Positions 1 to 12,364 of a stretch of DNA of 61,261 nucleotides are shown piece by piece. Position 1 is the first letter of the stretch. Every line of letters starts with the position of its first letter. Made by a program: the position numbers and the translations under genes. The stretch is from Rhynchobatus australiae (Eukaryota), in contig JAUZTB010000057.1 of assembly GCA_034780895.1 (NCBI GenBank), positions 1,765,196 to 1,826,456 of the forward strand, in the 5' to 3' direction. The notes beneath the pieces are model-generated. The model made no database searches. It was not told where the DNA came from and worked only from the letters and a program-made list of their open reading frames with translations.

Positions 1-229
1 GGACTCGTGCAGTGACCCCCCCCCCCCCCAACCCTGCCACATCACACCCTTCCCTCTCTCCCACCTTATGATCAAAATTCCCACAGCTTCTGGCCATTTT
101 AATCAATACCACACAGCCCATCCTGTCTCCCCTCCCCTCTCTTTCTCCCTTGTACTGGACCCATTCTTGCCCTGTACCTTTTTTCTCTCAGTGCCCAATT
201 CCCTGCCTAGTTTAGTTCGGTCCTGTTGA

Positions 230-1150
230 AGTGCATCTGTCCAGCCAACACAGGTCCCTCCTCCTTCAATGGCCCAGCAGTCTATCCCCTTCCCTCCTGC
301 ACCAACTCTGCAGCCACACCTTCACCATGGTCTTCCATTGTTGCACAAGAAGTTATCCGGAGGTTAGTACCTTTAAGAATCTGCTTAATATATTTCCTCA
401 GATCTACCCAGAGGACCCCATCCTGTTTTCTGCATGTCATTGTCCACAACCTCTGGTGGTTCATCCTCTTCAGAATTTTCTGCAGTCAGTTAGTGAAATC
501 CTTAACCCTGGCATGAGCAAGGCAGTGGAGCAGCTCGGAATTGTACAGATGAAATGCCCATTTGCTGTGTTAACTGTTTCCTTTCCCCCGCTGGGGCACC
601 CTTGGTCTTTGCTGCACTCCCCAGGGATCCCCTCACTAAGAGTAGTCTGGTCAGAGAGCAAAGTGCCCTCAGTTCTCCTGAACTCGCTGCCTGCTCTTGT
701 TGATCTTTCTCAGTCTCCCAATCCTTTCTGCTGCCCCCTCTTGAGCTGCAGGTTTACCACCTGAATCGTGCTGACCACAAAATGTTCAGTTCTGCAGACA
801 AACCTGGGTGACTGATGCTGGCAGAAGCTTGAGCTTCTCCACTTGATGACACCCATGTGGTTGTCCAGGATAGGAGAAGGGCCTTGCAGCCCCACACAGC
901 ACAGGATTCATGGGTCTGAGATGCCTCTATTTCTTAGCTTAACTCAATTACCAGGTAAAAAATGTGCTTAAGATACTGTTACTGTTTCACTATTTACTCT
1001 GTACTTATCCTGAATGAAGTTTTCAAATTCCCCAGCTCCTTGTTTAAACCACGTGCTTGATTATGTTTACAGGGCCACTCGTTCCTGAACTTTGTTTAAA
1101 CTCATTCGGGCTCTCCTTCCCAACGTCCCTTTGCTCACCCGCAACTTTTT
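230..1150 (-). mobile_element. decayed CR1-type LINE 5' region (ORF1 esterase-like remnant and 5' UTR)
   Basis: minus strand gaaccaccagaggttgtggacaatgacatgcagaaaacaggatggggtcct resembles CR1 ORF1 EQPEVVVHIGTND..RKRDEVL; heavily frameshifted. Confidence 0.45.
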
Positions 1151-2019
1151 CTCTTGCTCCTTTAAGATTTCCCAAGTTTGCGGTGTTTTCGTTGGTAATT
1201 CCGGAGAGAGATTCTACGTTTTACTGTTACACCTTCTCCTGACTGTTCTTTTCTCTATTTGTTGTTGCCTTGCATCCCTCGCTGTTGTTTAATCTCTCCT
1301 GCCTTCCACATTATCACAAACCTTCCTTTCTGTTCTTTTCTCCATTTTGTCTCCATCTTAAGATGTGTGGACAGACATATCGGTGTGGGAATGGGAAGTG
1401 GAATCTGAAGTTCCCTGGTTCTCATGGAAGATCAGCAGCTTGATCTGTTATCCCGCTCCAGCGCATGATGTCTGACTTTGAGTGTTCCAGTATTCTCTGT
1501 TTTAATCTTGTATTTCCAGCTCTGCAGTACTTTTTGTAAATGTTTAAACTTAGATCTAACAAACCACGTTTAATCTTGGTACAAAGCCATGGCATTTCTT
1601 TTTGCAGTCCGTTAACATCAACCCTCTGTACTATTTCATCAAAGAATTTAATTGAGAAGTCATGATTTGTCTTTGACACATTTGTACTGACTTTCAAGTG
1701 ATAGTCCATGCTTTTTCAGATGTCATTTAGCTTTGACGCAGATTAATGTTTTAAAGTTTCCCAGAAGTAGTGTAAGGCTGACCTTACAGTGAAGATTGAG
1801 GTATTTGTTTAATGCCTCAGCTGTGGCCTCTCATTGACTGGTGTTTGGTCCCTCATCTTTTGACTCTCCTCTTCCTGTTTGTGTTTGTAAAAGACCCAAG
1901 ACCTCTGAGTTTTCTTTTATTGTTAACCACCAGCATGCTTCAAGAGCAGATTTCATAGCTGCAGAGAAACATGAGAATCATATAAAGTCATTGAAAAGCA
2001 AGTTATGAAAAGTTCATAA

Positions 2020-2320
2020 CACAGCACAGAAACAGGCCCTTCAGCCCACTGAGTCTGTGCCAACCATCAACCAACCGGTTATAGTAATCCTGGTGGTTCA
2101 TTCTCCCCACATTCTTATCAACTCCTCTCAGATTCTACCACTCACTTATACATTAGGGACAATTTACAGTGGGTAATTAACTAACCAACTTGCATGTCTT
2201 TGGTATGTGGGAGGAAACCGGAGCACCCAGGGGAAACGTCACGGGGAGAACCTGCAAACTATACTCAGGCAGAAGTCAGGATTGAACTCAGGTCTCTGGC
2301 ACTGTGAGGCAGCGGCTCGA
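2020..2320 (-). mobile_element. tRNA-derived V-SINE (HE1-like) with CR1-type tail
   Basis: tgtgggaggaaaccggagcaccc...cacggggagaacctgcaaact is the reverse complement of the V-domain; B-box ggattgaactc. Confidence 0.75.
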
Positions 2321-2939
2321 CTGCCCTTTTCGTTCCCCTTTTTAGCAGCCGTCCATACTTCTAATGTTGAGCCTGATTCTCTCATCTGGGACAAAACTAA
2401 ATGATGTGTGGAAAAGTATGGTCTAGTGGTTGAAAGTCAGTACAGATTTGTCAAAGGCAAATCTCACAGTCTCACTCAAATTTTTAGATGAAGTGTACGT
2501 ACCCGAAGAGAAACCTAACAATGTGAACTTTTCATTTATCTTAAGTATTTTTCAGTCCGTAGTCATCCGGGATGCCTTTTCTTTCCTCGTGTAACATTGC
2601 TTCTCTCTACCTGAGCCATCTCCATTTTGATTGTTTAGTTATATTTTAAAGCCAATTTACTCAGGTCAAGTCCATTTTCAACTTGCTGAAGACAGTCTTC
2701 TCCACTTCAATTTTTTTGCATCTGGTTATTCTGTGTCTTTTTCCGTAGCTGTTTGAAACATGATGATATGTGTCTCACTGATACATTTCCTGGAACTAGA
2801 CCTGGCACTGCTTCCTTCCTTGGGCTAGAAATACAATGATAAAGAAAGTTCTCTGACACATTTCAAGAATTCCCCCACCCACTTCAACCTTTATGATGTT
2901 CCTTTCCCTGTCAATATCAGGATAATTGATGCTCCCTAG

Positions 2940-3965
2940 CTACCCTCTTGTATTGATATATGCTTAAAATGCCGTGGGATTTTCCTTAATCCCAGTCACC
3001 AAAGACATTCATGGCCCCCTTTAACCCCCTGATTCCCTGTTTTTCTTTCCTGCTTCCTTTTCTATTCTTCAAAGGCCCTTACATGCTACCTTTATGTTTC
3101 AACATCCAAGTTTCCCGAACCTTGCCATCCTTGTCTTTCTTCCTCACAGGAACATGATGGACCTGAAGTCTGATCAGCTCATTTTTAAACGACTTCCACA
3201 TGCCAGATGTGGATATCCAAACAGCTGCTCTCAATCTCTGTCCCCAGTTCCTCTTGTAATTATCCCTTCCCCAATATAGCGCTATTTTCTACCCCGCCCC
3301 CCACTCCACGAGGTCCAGTGTACCTTAAGGTTTATATATTTATGATCACTGTTCTCAAAATGCTCTCACACTGTCTGATCACCAGGCCAGGCTCATTTAC
3401 CAATACATACCATTTACCAATATGGTTCCTTCCCAGGCTGGATTATCTACGTGCTGTTTCAAAAAGCCCTTCTGGATGCACCTAACAAATTCAACCCCAT
3501 CTAAGCCTCTGACACTAAGGAGGTCCCGGTCAATATTGGGGAAATTAAACTCGTGCACTATGGCATCCCNNNNNNNNNNNNNNNNNNNNNNNNNNNNNNN
3601 NNNNNNNNNNNNNNNNNNNNNNNNNNNNNNNNNNNNNNNNNNNNNNNNNNNNNNNNNNNNNNNNNNNNNGCATCCCTGTTGCTTTTGCTTCTTTCCATAA
3701 TCTGTCTTCATATCTGTTCCCCTATCTCCTGCTGGCAATTGGGAGGCCTGTAGTATAACCCCATCACAGTGATTGCACCTTTCTTATTTGTGAGCTGTAC
3801 ACATATTGCCTCACTGGATGATCCCTCCAGGATGTCCTCTGTAACTGCAGCTGTGGCATTCTCCCTAATCAGTAACTCCCCCACCTTTTCTTAATATACC
3901 TCTCTATTGCATCTGAAACATCCAAACACTGTCAGTCCTGCCCTTCTCTCAACCAAGTCTCTGTA
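2940..3965 (-). mobile_element. CR1 LINE fragment, ORF2 endonuclease region
   Basis: ORF 3397-3738(-) reads EFNFPNIDRDLLSVRGLDGVEFVRCIQKGFLKQHVDNP, like the CR1 GDFNFPNIDW...FL.Q.V..PTR motif. Confidence 0.8.
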
Positions 3966-4098
3966 ATGTTCTCAACAACAATGTTTTGAATGGATCAGAG
4001 GGAGATTTAGAGCGGGACTAGCCAGTGACAGCACTGTCGTTCTTGAAAGCCAGTATGTTCTGGTGAGGTTTCTATCATTCTATTCTGTGTTCTTACAG

Positions 4099-4150
4099 GA
4101 AGAATATCTCAGTCTGGTGGCAAGGCTTATTCTGCATTTTCGAGACATCC
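4099..4150 (+). CDS. MED15: MED15 exon (~human exon 3), C-terminal helix of KIX domain: EEYLSLVARLILHFRDI
   Basis: tgttcttacag|GAAGAA...GACATCC|gtgagt; 52 nt, phase 0 to 1; near-identical to MED15 KIX motif. Confidence 0.96.
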
Positions 4151-5019
4151 GTGAGTATTCAAGCAATTTTCTGACTGAGCTTCAACCGTGTGATTTTTGT
4201 TTCGAGAATGTTAGACGGAGAAGTGTGTTGTCTTTGCTTCTAATACTTGTAAAGCCAAAGATGCATTAAAGGTTTTGGCCACGAGGTGACAGTATATCCT
4301 GTGAGTGGAAGTGGCTGATTGAAACTTTAACTCACTGAACCACAAGCCACTGTGGGATCAAGCATGTTGGTGCTGAAGCTGAGTGTTGCCAGGCTGATGC
4401 TGCTCCATGGCTGATTCCACATCTCCAGTGGCTGGCAGACTGCACCAGTGGAAGGTTAGGTGCCAATCCAGGATGCCTGACATGCTAGTGGAAGCTCTAT
4501 TGCCTGTCGTTGCATGTCTCCTGAAGATGCTGACGATTGGTGGGATATGGGTTCCTTGGGAATTTTAGTGTCTCTCCTAAGTTACTCTCGTCTTGTGAGT
4601 TGAGATGGTGAGCACCATCGATGAGCTTCATGGATCAATGCTATAAGCTGCTGAACTTCATTTTTCAAGAGTGATTGGCCAGCATTTAGAAACATGGTTC
4701 CAGCTACTTCTGTCTTTGGATAGAATGCACACCAGGGTTGAATGGCTCAGCTCCCACAAGATGTCCACATGCTGAAGTATCAAGTTCAGTCAGTAACTTC
4801 TGGAGAGGAGAATAAGGAAAAGCATCCATTGCAGATCAGACACAATGTGGCCTTTTGTTTAGCATGTCTCCCCAAGAATCACAAAGTTCTGCCCCATTTG
4901 GATTGGTCTTTGAATCCATGCTGGGAAGCCATCAATTTCACGGTGATTTTTTTGCCTTAAATGCCATGCCTGGTTACCCTGTACAACTGCATGTTGTTCT
5001 AGGTGTTCTAGGGCCAGGC

Positions 5020-5240
5020 TGATGTGGGATTGAAGTTAAATATAAACTAAATTAGATAAGGACAATAGATTTCATTCCTTAAAGGATAAAAATGAACTTT
5101 TACAACAAACCAACAGCTGTAATTAACGAAGAGTTTTATTTCTGGATCTTTTCTGAAGCCAATTTAAGATTCCCAAACTGCTGTGTTCGTATTTCAACCT
5201 GAGCTCTCTGGATTGTTCATCTAGTAACACACATTGGACG
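5020..5240 (-). mobile_element. decayed SINE-like element; related copies at ~5800-5975(+) and ~16270-16550(-)
   Basis: shared motif gataaggacaatagatttcattccttaaagga / ggtaaggataacagatttgcttccttgaagga; family not named. Confidence 0.45.
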
Positions 5241-5419
5241 CCTGCTGCCAATGTAATTTTGCTTCAGCAGGGCTTCCCTGGTCCTATGGTTGCTCTGGTG
5301 CTGTACAAATAAAGTGCAAAGTGTGCTGTCATTCTTTGCAAGATCCTGTTTCAGCTAAAAATGTTGGATCCAAAATTGTAATAAAGGGAAGACTTGCTAT
5401 GAAAATCTTTGTGGGTCAA

Positions 5420-5760
5420 AGGTTCTTTCATCCGGAGATGTGATTCAAATCTTATACCAAAGGCTTGACCAACAAAATCCAGGCTGAGTTTACCTCCAAT
5501 GTACTTCCAGAGATGTTGTTTTTCAGGTGGAATGTTAATCTTTTAAGTGATCATACTGGATCCCAAATTCCTCTTTGAAGAACGGCTAGTACTTGCGACT
5601 TGAAAGCATACTCTTTGGTCATTTGGTCCTGCTTGTTATGGGAACCAAAGTAAGCAAATAAACTGCAAGTTTCCCCACTGCTCTTCAACAGAAAGTACTT
5701 AATCAGGTGAGAATTTTTTGGACATCCCAAGGTCACTGAGAGCTCTGTAGTAAGGCAAAT
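5420..5760 (+). mobile_element. decayed DeuSINE (SacSINE1/AmnSINE1-like)
   Basis: aaaatccaggctga...tttcaggtggaatgttaa...aaagtacttaatc...ggacatcccaaggtc resembles the Deu-domain layout; low identity. Confidence 0.4.
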
Positions 5761-5999
5761 CAGAGGCTTTATTTCACCAGTTTTCTGTTTTCCAGAGAAT
5801 GGTGGTTCAATAGTCAAATTCCTGGACTACTACCTAGAGACCTGGAGTAATAATCTAGAGACAAGGTCAAACACAACAAAGATAACTGGGGGATTTAAAT
5901 CTAATTAAGTAATCTGGAATCCACGAGTCTCAGTGCTGGTAACCATGAAGCTATTGGATTGTTATAAAAATCCTTATTGTGATCGTGGACCACCTGCCA

Positions 6000-6850
6000 G
6001 ACGGAGCCTATGGGAAGAGGATGCTTGAAGAACATCCCCATCCCAGCATATGAATACCAAAGGTTGCAACCATCTTCAGCCAGAAGTCAGCTTCCTCTTG
6101 AGGTCTCTATCAGTACAGAAGGCAGTCTTCAACCAATCTGATTCATTCCACAAGATGTCATGAAATGGTTGAGAACACTGGGTGAACCAAAGCTGCAACA
6201 AGGTGGCAACCCATTTCCTGTGCTGAGGACTGCTCCAGCAGGAGCCCTCTCGTCGACTCTCCCACCAGAGACAACACTGGCAATGTAGGAAATTGTTTAC
6301 AAAATCCATTGTGGCTAATTACCACCCAGTCTATCTACGCTCAATCATCAGCAAAATGAAGGGCTGTTTCATCATCATTCCTTTCAAGTGGGTCCAACTC
6401 ACCAATAACCAAAGCTCAGTTTGGGTTTTGAAAGGGTTATGTGGCTCCAGACTTCACAGCCTTGGTCAGATAGACAGCAAAGGTTTGAGTTTCAGAAGTA
6501 AAGGTGAGAGCCATTTCATCTAACATCAAGGAAGCATGACATCAGAGTCCTGTGCATCAAGGGGTGGACGTCAATGGTTGGGGTCCTACCTCTCACAAAG
6601 GATGGTTGTAGTTGCTGGAGGTCTGTTATCTCAGCCCCAAGACATCTCTGCAGGAGTTTCTCAGCACTGTGTCCTTGGCCAAACTATCTTCAGCAGCTTC
6701 CTCAATGACCTTCATCATAAGGTTAGAAGAGGAATGGTGCAGTCGACAGTGAATGACATTCAATTCCATGCACATCTCTTCAAGAAATGGAGTTGTCCAT
6801 GCAGGCATGCAGCAAAAACTAGCCAGCATTCAGTCATGGGCTGATAGGTG
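6000..6850 (+). mobile_element. CR1-clade LINE reverse-transcriptase fragment
   Basis: NYHPVYLRSIISKM and WLGSYLSQRMVVV...DISAGVSQHCVLGQTIFSSFLNDL are degenerate NYRPISLL and GVPQGSVLGP RT motifs. Confidence 0.75.
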
Positions 6851-7732
6851 GTGGAATATGAATGTAGCAAATAGAAGCAGGAGTAGGCTGTTGAGCCTCG
6901 TTTCACCACTCAGTAGGATCATGGCCAGTCCTTTATCCCAGAGCCACTGACCTCTACCAGCCCTACTGTTTCTTTAGTACCCCAAAACCTGATGATCTCA
7001 GTCATGATGATACTGAACCAATTCACAACGGCCTTGGTGAGACAGTTCAAAGGTTCAATGTCCTACAGTTGGAGAAATTCTCCTTATCCCAGTCCTGAAT
7101 GTCCAGCCCCTAATTTTGAGTTTGTTTTCTAGTCATCCCATCCTTGCACTGACCCTGCCAGATCCACGGGGTGGGCAGAGGTAGGGAGCTGCGTGAGGGA
7201 AGGGAGCCCGGTAGGTGAGGGAGAGGCGAGTGAGGGGAGGCCAGTGGGGGAGGGAGGGAGGGGAGACCAACAAGCATGATTGAGGGGTAGTCACAGTTCT
7301 CGAAAGCCCATCATTCTCGGCTGAGATGATTGGTCACTTTTTTTGATGGATTTTATTGTGTGATGTGTGTTAAGGAGGGCTCCTCAGCATGGGACACAAT
7401 CATTTTCATATCTGTCACACATACTGATAGGGCTTTCTTTTAATGTAGAGGTGCATTAACAGTGCTGATGCTGATCTCATTTAGAATCATATCAACTATT
7501 GCCATAACCTGTCCTCTTCAGTGTATCCCACTGTACATAGATCTAGATGTCCTTTTCTCTTGCTCGATGTAAGAGGACCAAGGCTAGAATTGTGCAGTAT
7601 GGGCACCTTTCAACAAGGCCATTTGGTAAAAAAATTTTGCACATTTATTGTTCTATCACTCTGAGATTATAATGAAGGTGCACAATGAATTTGTTCCACT
7701 CTATAATTGCTTGATGTTTTATGTTTTCACAG

Positions 7733-7753
7733 ATAAGAAGACACGAGCTGGTG
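7733..7753 (+). CDS. MED15: MED15 21-nt microexon (~exon 4): (H)KKTRAG(D)
   Basis: gttttcacag|ATAAGAAGACACGAGCTGGTG|gtaagc; phase 1 to 1; gives H-K-K after FRDI and D before PMNAL, like the HNKK...DPMNAL linker of MED15. Confidence 0.82.
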
Positions 7754-8359
7754 GTAAGCAGTGTTTTAATTCCAAAATGATTTAAGAAAGATAGGAATTG
7801 TGTAAATGAGTACTTGATTACTGGATGCCTTGGTGGGCTGAAGAGTGTTTTTCCATGCTGTGCGACTCGCATTGTAATTGTTGAATTAAATGGCTCTCAA
7901 AATCATGAGATTGCATTAACATGGCAGCTGAATCACTGCCATTCCACGTGCTATTAGAGTCCAGGCATTCCCACAGGAGGGGAAGATGGGAAAGCTCTGT
8001 AACAACCAGGTCATCTTGGGCAAATCCGAGGAGAGTGAGAGTCTGATGAGCCAGTGAGTGGAGGTGATCTCATAAGCAACCACACAATTAGATGCTCTCA
8101 GGATTTGCCTCTGGTCAACGATGAATAACCACACTTGTGGTGGACCTCATGCAGGTCAAAATAGTTGCCAGCAGGGCCCTTTGTCAAGGGGGAGGTTCAC
8201 TGCTCCTGTGGACACACAGGGACCCTTACTGTGAAATGTCTGTTGTGTGAGGAAACCTGGTCGGCTGATGTTTGCTCACCCTTCTCATGTTGGGGATGTG
8301 TATTCCATTAGTTGGTGAGTCCTGAAAGTTGTAGGGGGTGAGTAGTGGGGCATTTTTGC

Positions 8360-8600
8360 TCTTGACCTCTGGTGCTGTGTTTGTGGAGTTTGTACGTTCT
8401 CCCTCTAGCCACGAGGTTTACTCAAGTGTGCTGCAGGTTCCTCCCATACTGGTTTGTATGTTAGTTGGCTCTAGTGTAGGTAGGAGAATCTGTGGGGTAT
8501 TAATGGGCATGTGAGAGAATAGGTTACAGGGAAAAGGCATTGATGGGGTTGCTCTGAAAGCCGACATGGACTCGATGGAATAAATGGTTTACTATTTCGT
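8360..8600 (+). mobile_element. decayed V-SINE
   Basis: gtgtttgtggagtttgtacgttctccc...ggttcctcccat. Confidence 0.55.
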
Positions 8601-9249
8601 AAGGAAATAAAAATGAGATGTGAATATTGGTAGATCTCAACTGGGGGGAGTAGTTCTTCATTGGGTGTGAATTAATTGGTTACTCATGGAGGGATGGAGA
8701 ACTGGTACTTCCTCATGGGAGATGGAGAGTTGGTGGTTTATGGTGAGGTGAGGCAGGGGGCGGGGAGGGTTGCAGTCATTTGGGTGTGAGCTGATCGTGG
8801 TTCCAAGTTAGGCATAGGGAAGTGTAACGCCCTCCAGAGAGGGCGATGCCATTCCTCCTCTGAGAAAGATGGGTGGTGTTTCCCTGTCTTGGTGGGAAGA
8901 AAGGTGCGTGGTAGGTAATCATTCCCCATTAGCACTGTGTTTTCTGTAGAGGGATATTTGGCAACTGGGGCAGCTGTATAGTGTCTGGGTATCAGGGCAG
9001 ACTAAATCAAATGCAAAATGCATCTGGAAATAAGTGCTAAAAAGCAGTTTTGGAGAAAATGAAAAGTAGGAATAGTGCTTTACCTGCACTGTAATCTCTC
9101 ACTTCCGGCTCCAGTACAGATTAAGATGCTTTCTAAGGTGGTACTTGGCTGATCACAATAACTGGTCGATACGCTCATGTTAATTTCACATTTATTCTTG
9201 TTGTAAACTGGCTGGACTCCAGAAATTGTAAGGACATAAAATGGGACAT

Positions 9250-9327
9250 GTAAGATCTCTTTATTAGTCGCATGTACATCGAAACACACAGTGAAATGCA
9301 TCTTTTGCGTAGAGTGTTCTGGGGGCA
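9250..9327 (-). mobile_element. 3' tail of a young SINE, cut by an assembly gap
   Basis: nearly identical to the tails starting at ~18924 and 19313. Confidence 0.8.
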
Positions 9328-10019
9328 NNNNNNNNNNNNNNNNNNNNNNNNNNNNNNNNNNNNNNNNNNNNNNNNNNNNNNNNNNNNNNNNNNNNNNNNN
9401 NNNNNNNNNNNNNNNNNNNNNNNNNNNNNNNNNNNNNNNNNNNNNNNNNNNNNNNNNNNNNNNNNNNNNNNNNNNNNNNNNNNNNNNNNNNNNNNNNNNN
9501 NNNNNNNNNNNNNNNNNNNNNNNNNNNNNNNNNNNNNNNNNNNNNNNNNNNNNNNNNNNNNNNNNNNNNNNNNNNNNNNNNNNNNNNNNNNNNNNNNNNN
9601 NNNNNNNNNNNNNNNNNNNNNNNNNNNNNNNNNNNNNNNNNNNNNNNNNNNNNNNNNNNNNNNNNNNNNNNNNNNNNNNNNNNNNNNNNNNNNNNNNNNN
9701 NNNNNNNNNNNNNNNNNNNNNNNNNNNNNNNNNNNNNNNNNNNNNNNNNNNNNNNNNNNNNNNNNNNNNNNNNNNNNNNNNNNNNNNNNNNNNNNNNNNN
9801 NNNNNNNNNNNNNNNNNNNNNNNNNNNNNNNNNNNNNNNNNNNNNNNNNNNNNNNNNNNNNNNNNNNNNNNNNNNNNNNNNNNNNNNNNNNNNNNNNNNN
9901 NNNNNNNNNNNNNNNNNNNNNNNNNNNNNNNNNNNNNNNNNNNNNNNNNNNNNNNNNNNNNNNNNNNNNNNNNNNNNNNNNNNNNNNNNNNNNNNNNNNN
10001 NNNNNNNNNNNNNNTGATG

Positions 10020-10265
10020 TCACTGTTTCAGAGTAAGGACTAGGCCATTTAAGACTGAAAAGAGAAATTTCTTCATGCAGAAAGTGGTGAATTTTTGGAA
10101 TTCTGTGGTCTGAAGACTTAGCTTGCATTCAGAACAGAGGTTGATAGATTTCTGGTATTCAGGGATATCAGGGGATAGAGCAGCTGAGTCAGAGATCAGC
10201 CGTGATCTTGTCGAATGATGGTGAAGGCTCAGAGGGCCAAAAGGCCTATTTCTTCCTCTTCCTTA
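10020..10265 (+). mobile_element. CR1 LINE 3' end
   Basis: ccatttaagactgaa...ttcttcatgcagaaagtggtgaatttttggaattct...gttgatagatttctgg typical of CR1 ORF2 end and 3' UTR. Confidence 0.75.
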
Positions 10266-11069
10266 TCTTCTTATGGAGAATGATTGAATAGCTCTTCCAT
10301 CCTTCCTCCCATATTAAGGTGACAGTTCCTGAATATTTAACTCTTTTCTCTTATTATAAATATTGCATTAGCTACCCTGGCCCTTGGCACGAGACCTGCT
10401 CATGTAATGAAGTTGCTCTGTTGTTTCCCCAGTCCTAAAAAAGTATGTTTTCCATCAGCAGCTTGGGTTTTATCAGCTTGATTTGTTTATTTTGTGTTTC
10501 TAATTTTAGCAGCTGTTATTCTCATTTCTATCGCCTAATGATGTCATGTCCATTAGATTTTGTCTCTTATAAATACTGAACCTTCACAGAAGCTTTAACC
10601 TTTGGAATTCCTTCTCAGCCTCAGTTTCTGTGAATCTTTTTCTTCTTTCTTAAGATCTACCTCTTTGACCAAGCTTCTGGTCATCTTTAGTAGCTGCTCT
10701 TTATGGAGTTTGCCGTCACATTTTGTTTAGGGGTCTTGTAAATTTTCTGCTGTATTGAAGATTTGATATAAATGCAGCTTGCAGTTGTATCTACAGTTCT
10801 GTGAAAAAGGGTTTGCTGAAGTGCCACATGACCGCACTTTCCTGTGTGCCTGTCATGAATGGTGATCCTGACAGAGAGGACTCTAACTTGCATTCTTAAC
10901 TAGTGGACTTCAAGGTGTGAAATGTGCCTTGATGTGTCAACTTTTGGCCAGGACACCGTAACTACTGTATTCCGTTTCTACTGCAAAAGCTCCTTGGATT
11001 GAGGGAAGTGGACATTAACACTGGAGAGCTCCTGATTCCTGTGAGCATTCGATGTGGCACTCTCATAAC

Positions 11070-11760
11070 TTGTAGACCTCAGTTAAATCCCCCCTTAGTT
11101 TTCTCCCACTCCACTGCAGTCACATCCATTTTACAGTGTGGCAGCAGAATTGTACATAGTACACCAGCTGCTGCTTAAGTATTGTTTTATGTAGTTGTAC
11201 CATATCCTCCTTGCTGCCATATCTCTGCCCTGGCTAAAGAAGACAATTGGCCTATATGCCTTCTTAACTATCTTATTTACCTGTGCTGCTGCCTCCAGAG
11301 ATCCATGGGCATGAACGCCAAGTCCTTCTGTTCCTCAACATGTCTTAGGGTCTGACTATTCATTGTGCCTACCCTAGCCTTAGTTGTCCTCCCAGAATAA
11401 ATTTGTCAATATTTTCAGGATTAAATTCCATCTGCCCTTTCTCTGCCCATCTTATCAACTTACTAACATCCTTCTGTAGCAGAAGACTAGCCTCCTCACT
11501 GTCAACACCAGCGCTAAATTTTGTGAATTAACAGAGAAGGGTTCCTCACTGATCCTTGCATTAAACCACTGGTCATGACCTATCAACATTGCATGGATTT
11601 GCTTATTCACACTCTTTACTTTCTGTCCAATAACCAATTCTCAATCCATATCAGTATGTTAGCCACAGTTCCATGTGCTCTAGCATTGTTAATCAACTTC
11701 CTATGTGGGTCATTATTGAAGGCCTTCCCGCAGTCCAAATGCACACATCCACTAGTACAC
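11070..11760 (-). mobile_element. decayed CR1 LINE fragment
   Basis: cagaattgtacatagtacaccag, aaattccatctgcc and ccactggtca are reverse-complemented CR1 RT landmarks. Confidence 0.65.
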
Positions 11761-12154
11761 CCATATCTTTTTTTTACTGGTCACATTCTGTGTACTTTTG
11801 TGTTCACTCATGGATGAATAATCATGCAACTTAGGTTTGAAGTCATTGGCAAAAGAACCAGAGAAGAGATGAGAATTGTTTGTACACAGTTAAGATCTGG
11901 AATGGCAAAAGGAACAGATTTAATTGTGACCTACAAACAGGAGTTGGATGAATACTTTTCGTTGCAGGTTTGTCAAAAAAAAGCAAGGGGATCACAAATA
12001 ATTGGCTCTTCCAAGGAATTGGCACAGGCACATTGGACCAACAGTCTTTCTTCAACACTGTATGACTCTGTGATTCTATCTGATTTCTATTTGGGCATCT
12101 TTTGTTAAGAGTTTAACAGAAGTTTTACTTTTGTTTTGTTTCCCTCCCTCCTAG

Positions 12155-12364
12155 ATCCAATGAACGCTTTGCAGAACTTGCAAGGTGGTCCCACGGGGAG
12201 CTCGAGTGGGATGATGGCCACTCGTCCCCCCGGAGCTCCTTTGCCCGGAATGGCAGGTCTGGGACAGGTGAATCAATCAATGTCACATCCTGGACAGCCT
12301 CAGCCGGGTACATCTGGAATGGTGCCTCATATGCCTGGCTTCCCGCCAAGCACCCAGCAGCAGT
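12155..12364 (+). CDS. MED15: MED15 exon (~exon 5): (D)PMNALQNLQGGPTGSSSGMMATRPPG...PPSTQQQ
   Basis: long pyrimidine tract, cctag|ATCCAATG...CAGCAGT|gtgagt; 210 nt, phase 1 to 1; DPMNALQ and QPGTSGM motifs. Confidence 0.95.

Noticed and set aside
1-4098. Search for MED15 exons 1-2 or a promoter CpG island
   Set aside because: No KIX N-terminal peptide or CpG island was found; these lie upstream of the window.
8043-8070. CTGATGAG hammerhead-like start
   Set aside because: No GAAA box follows a plausible stem II.
9175-10128. Long ORFs of 220-317 aa here and at 19279-20073
   Set aside because: They consist mostly of X from N gaps.
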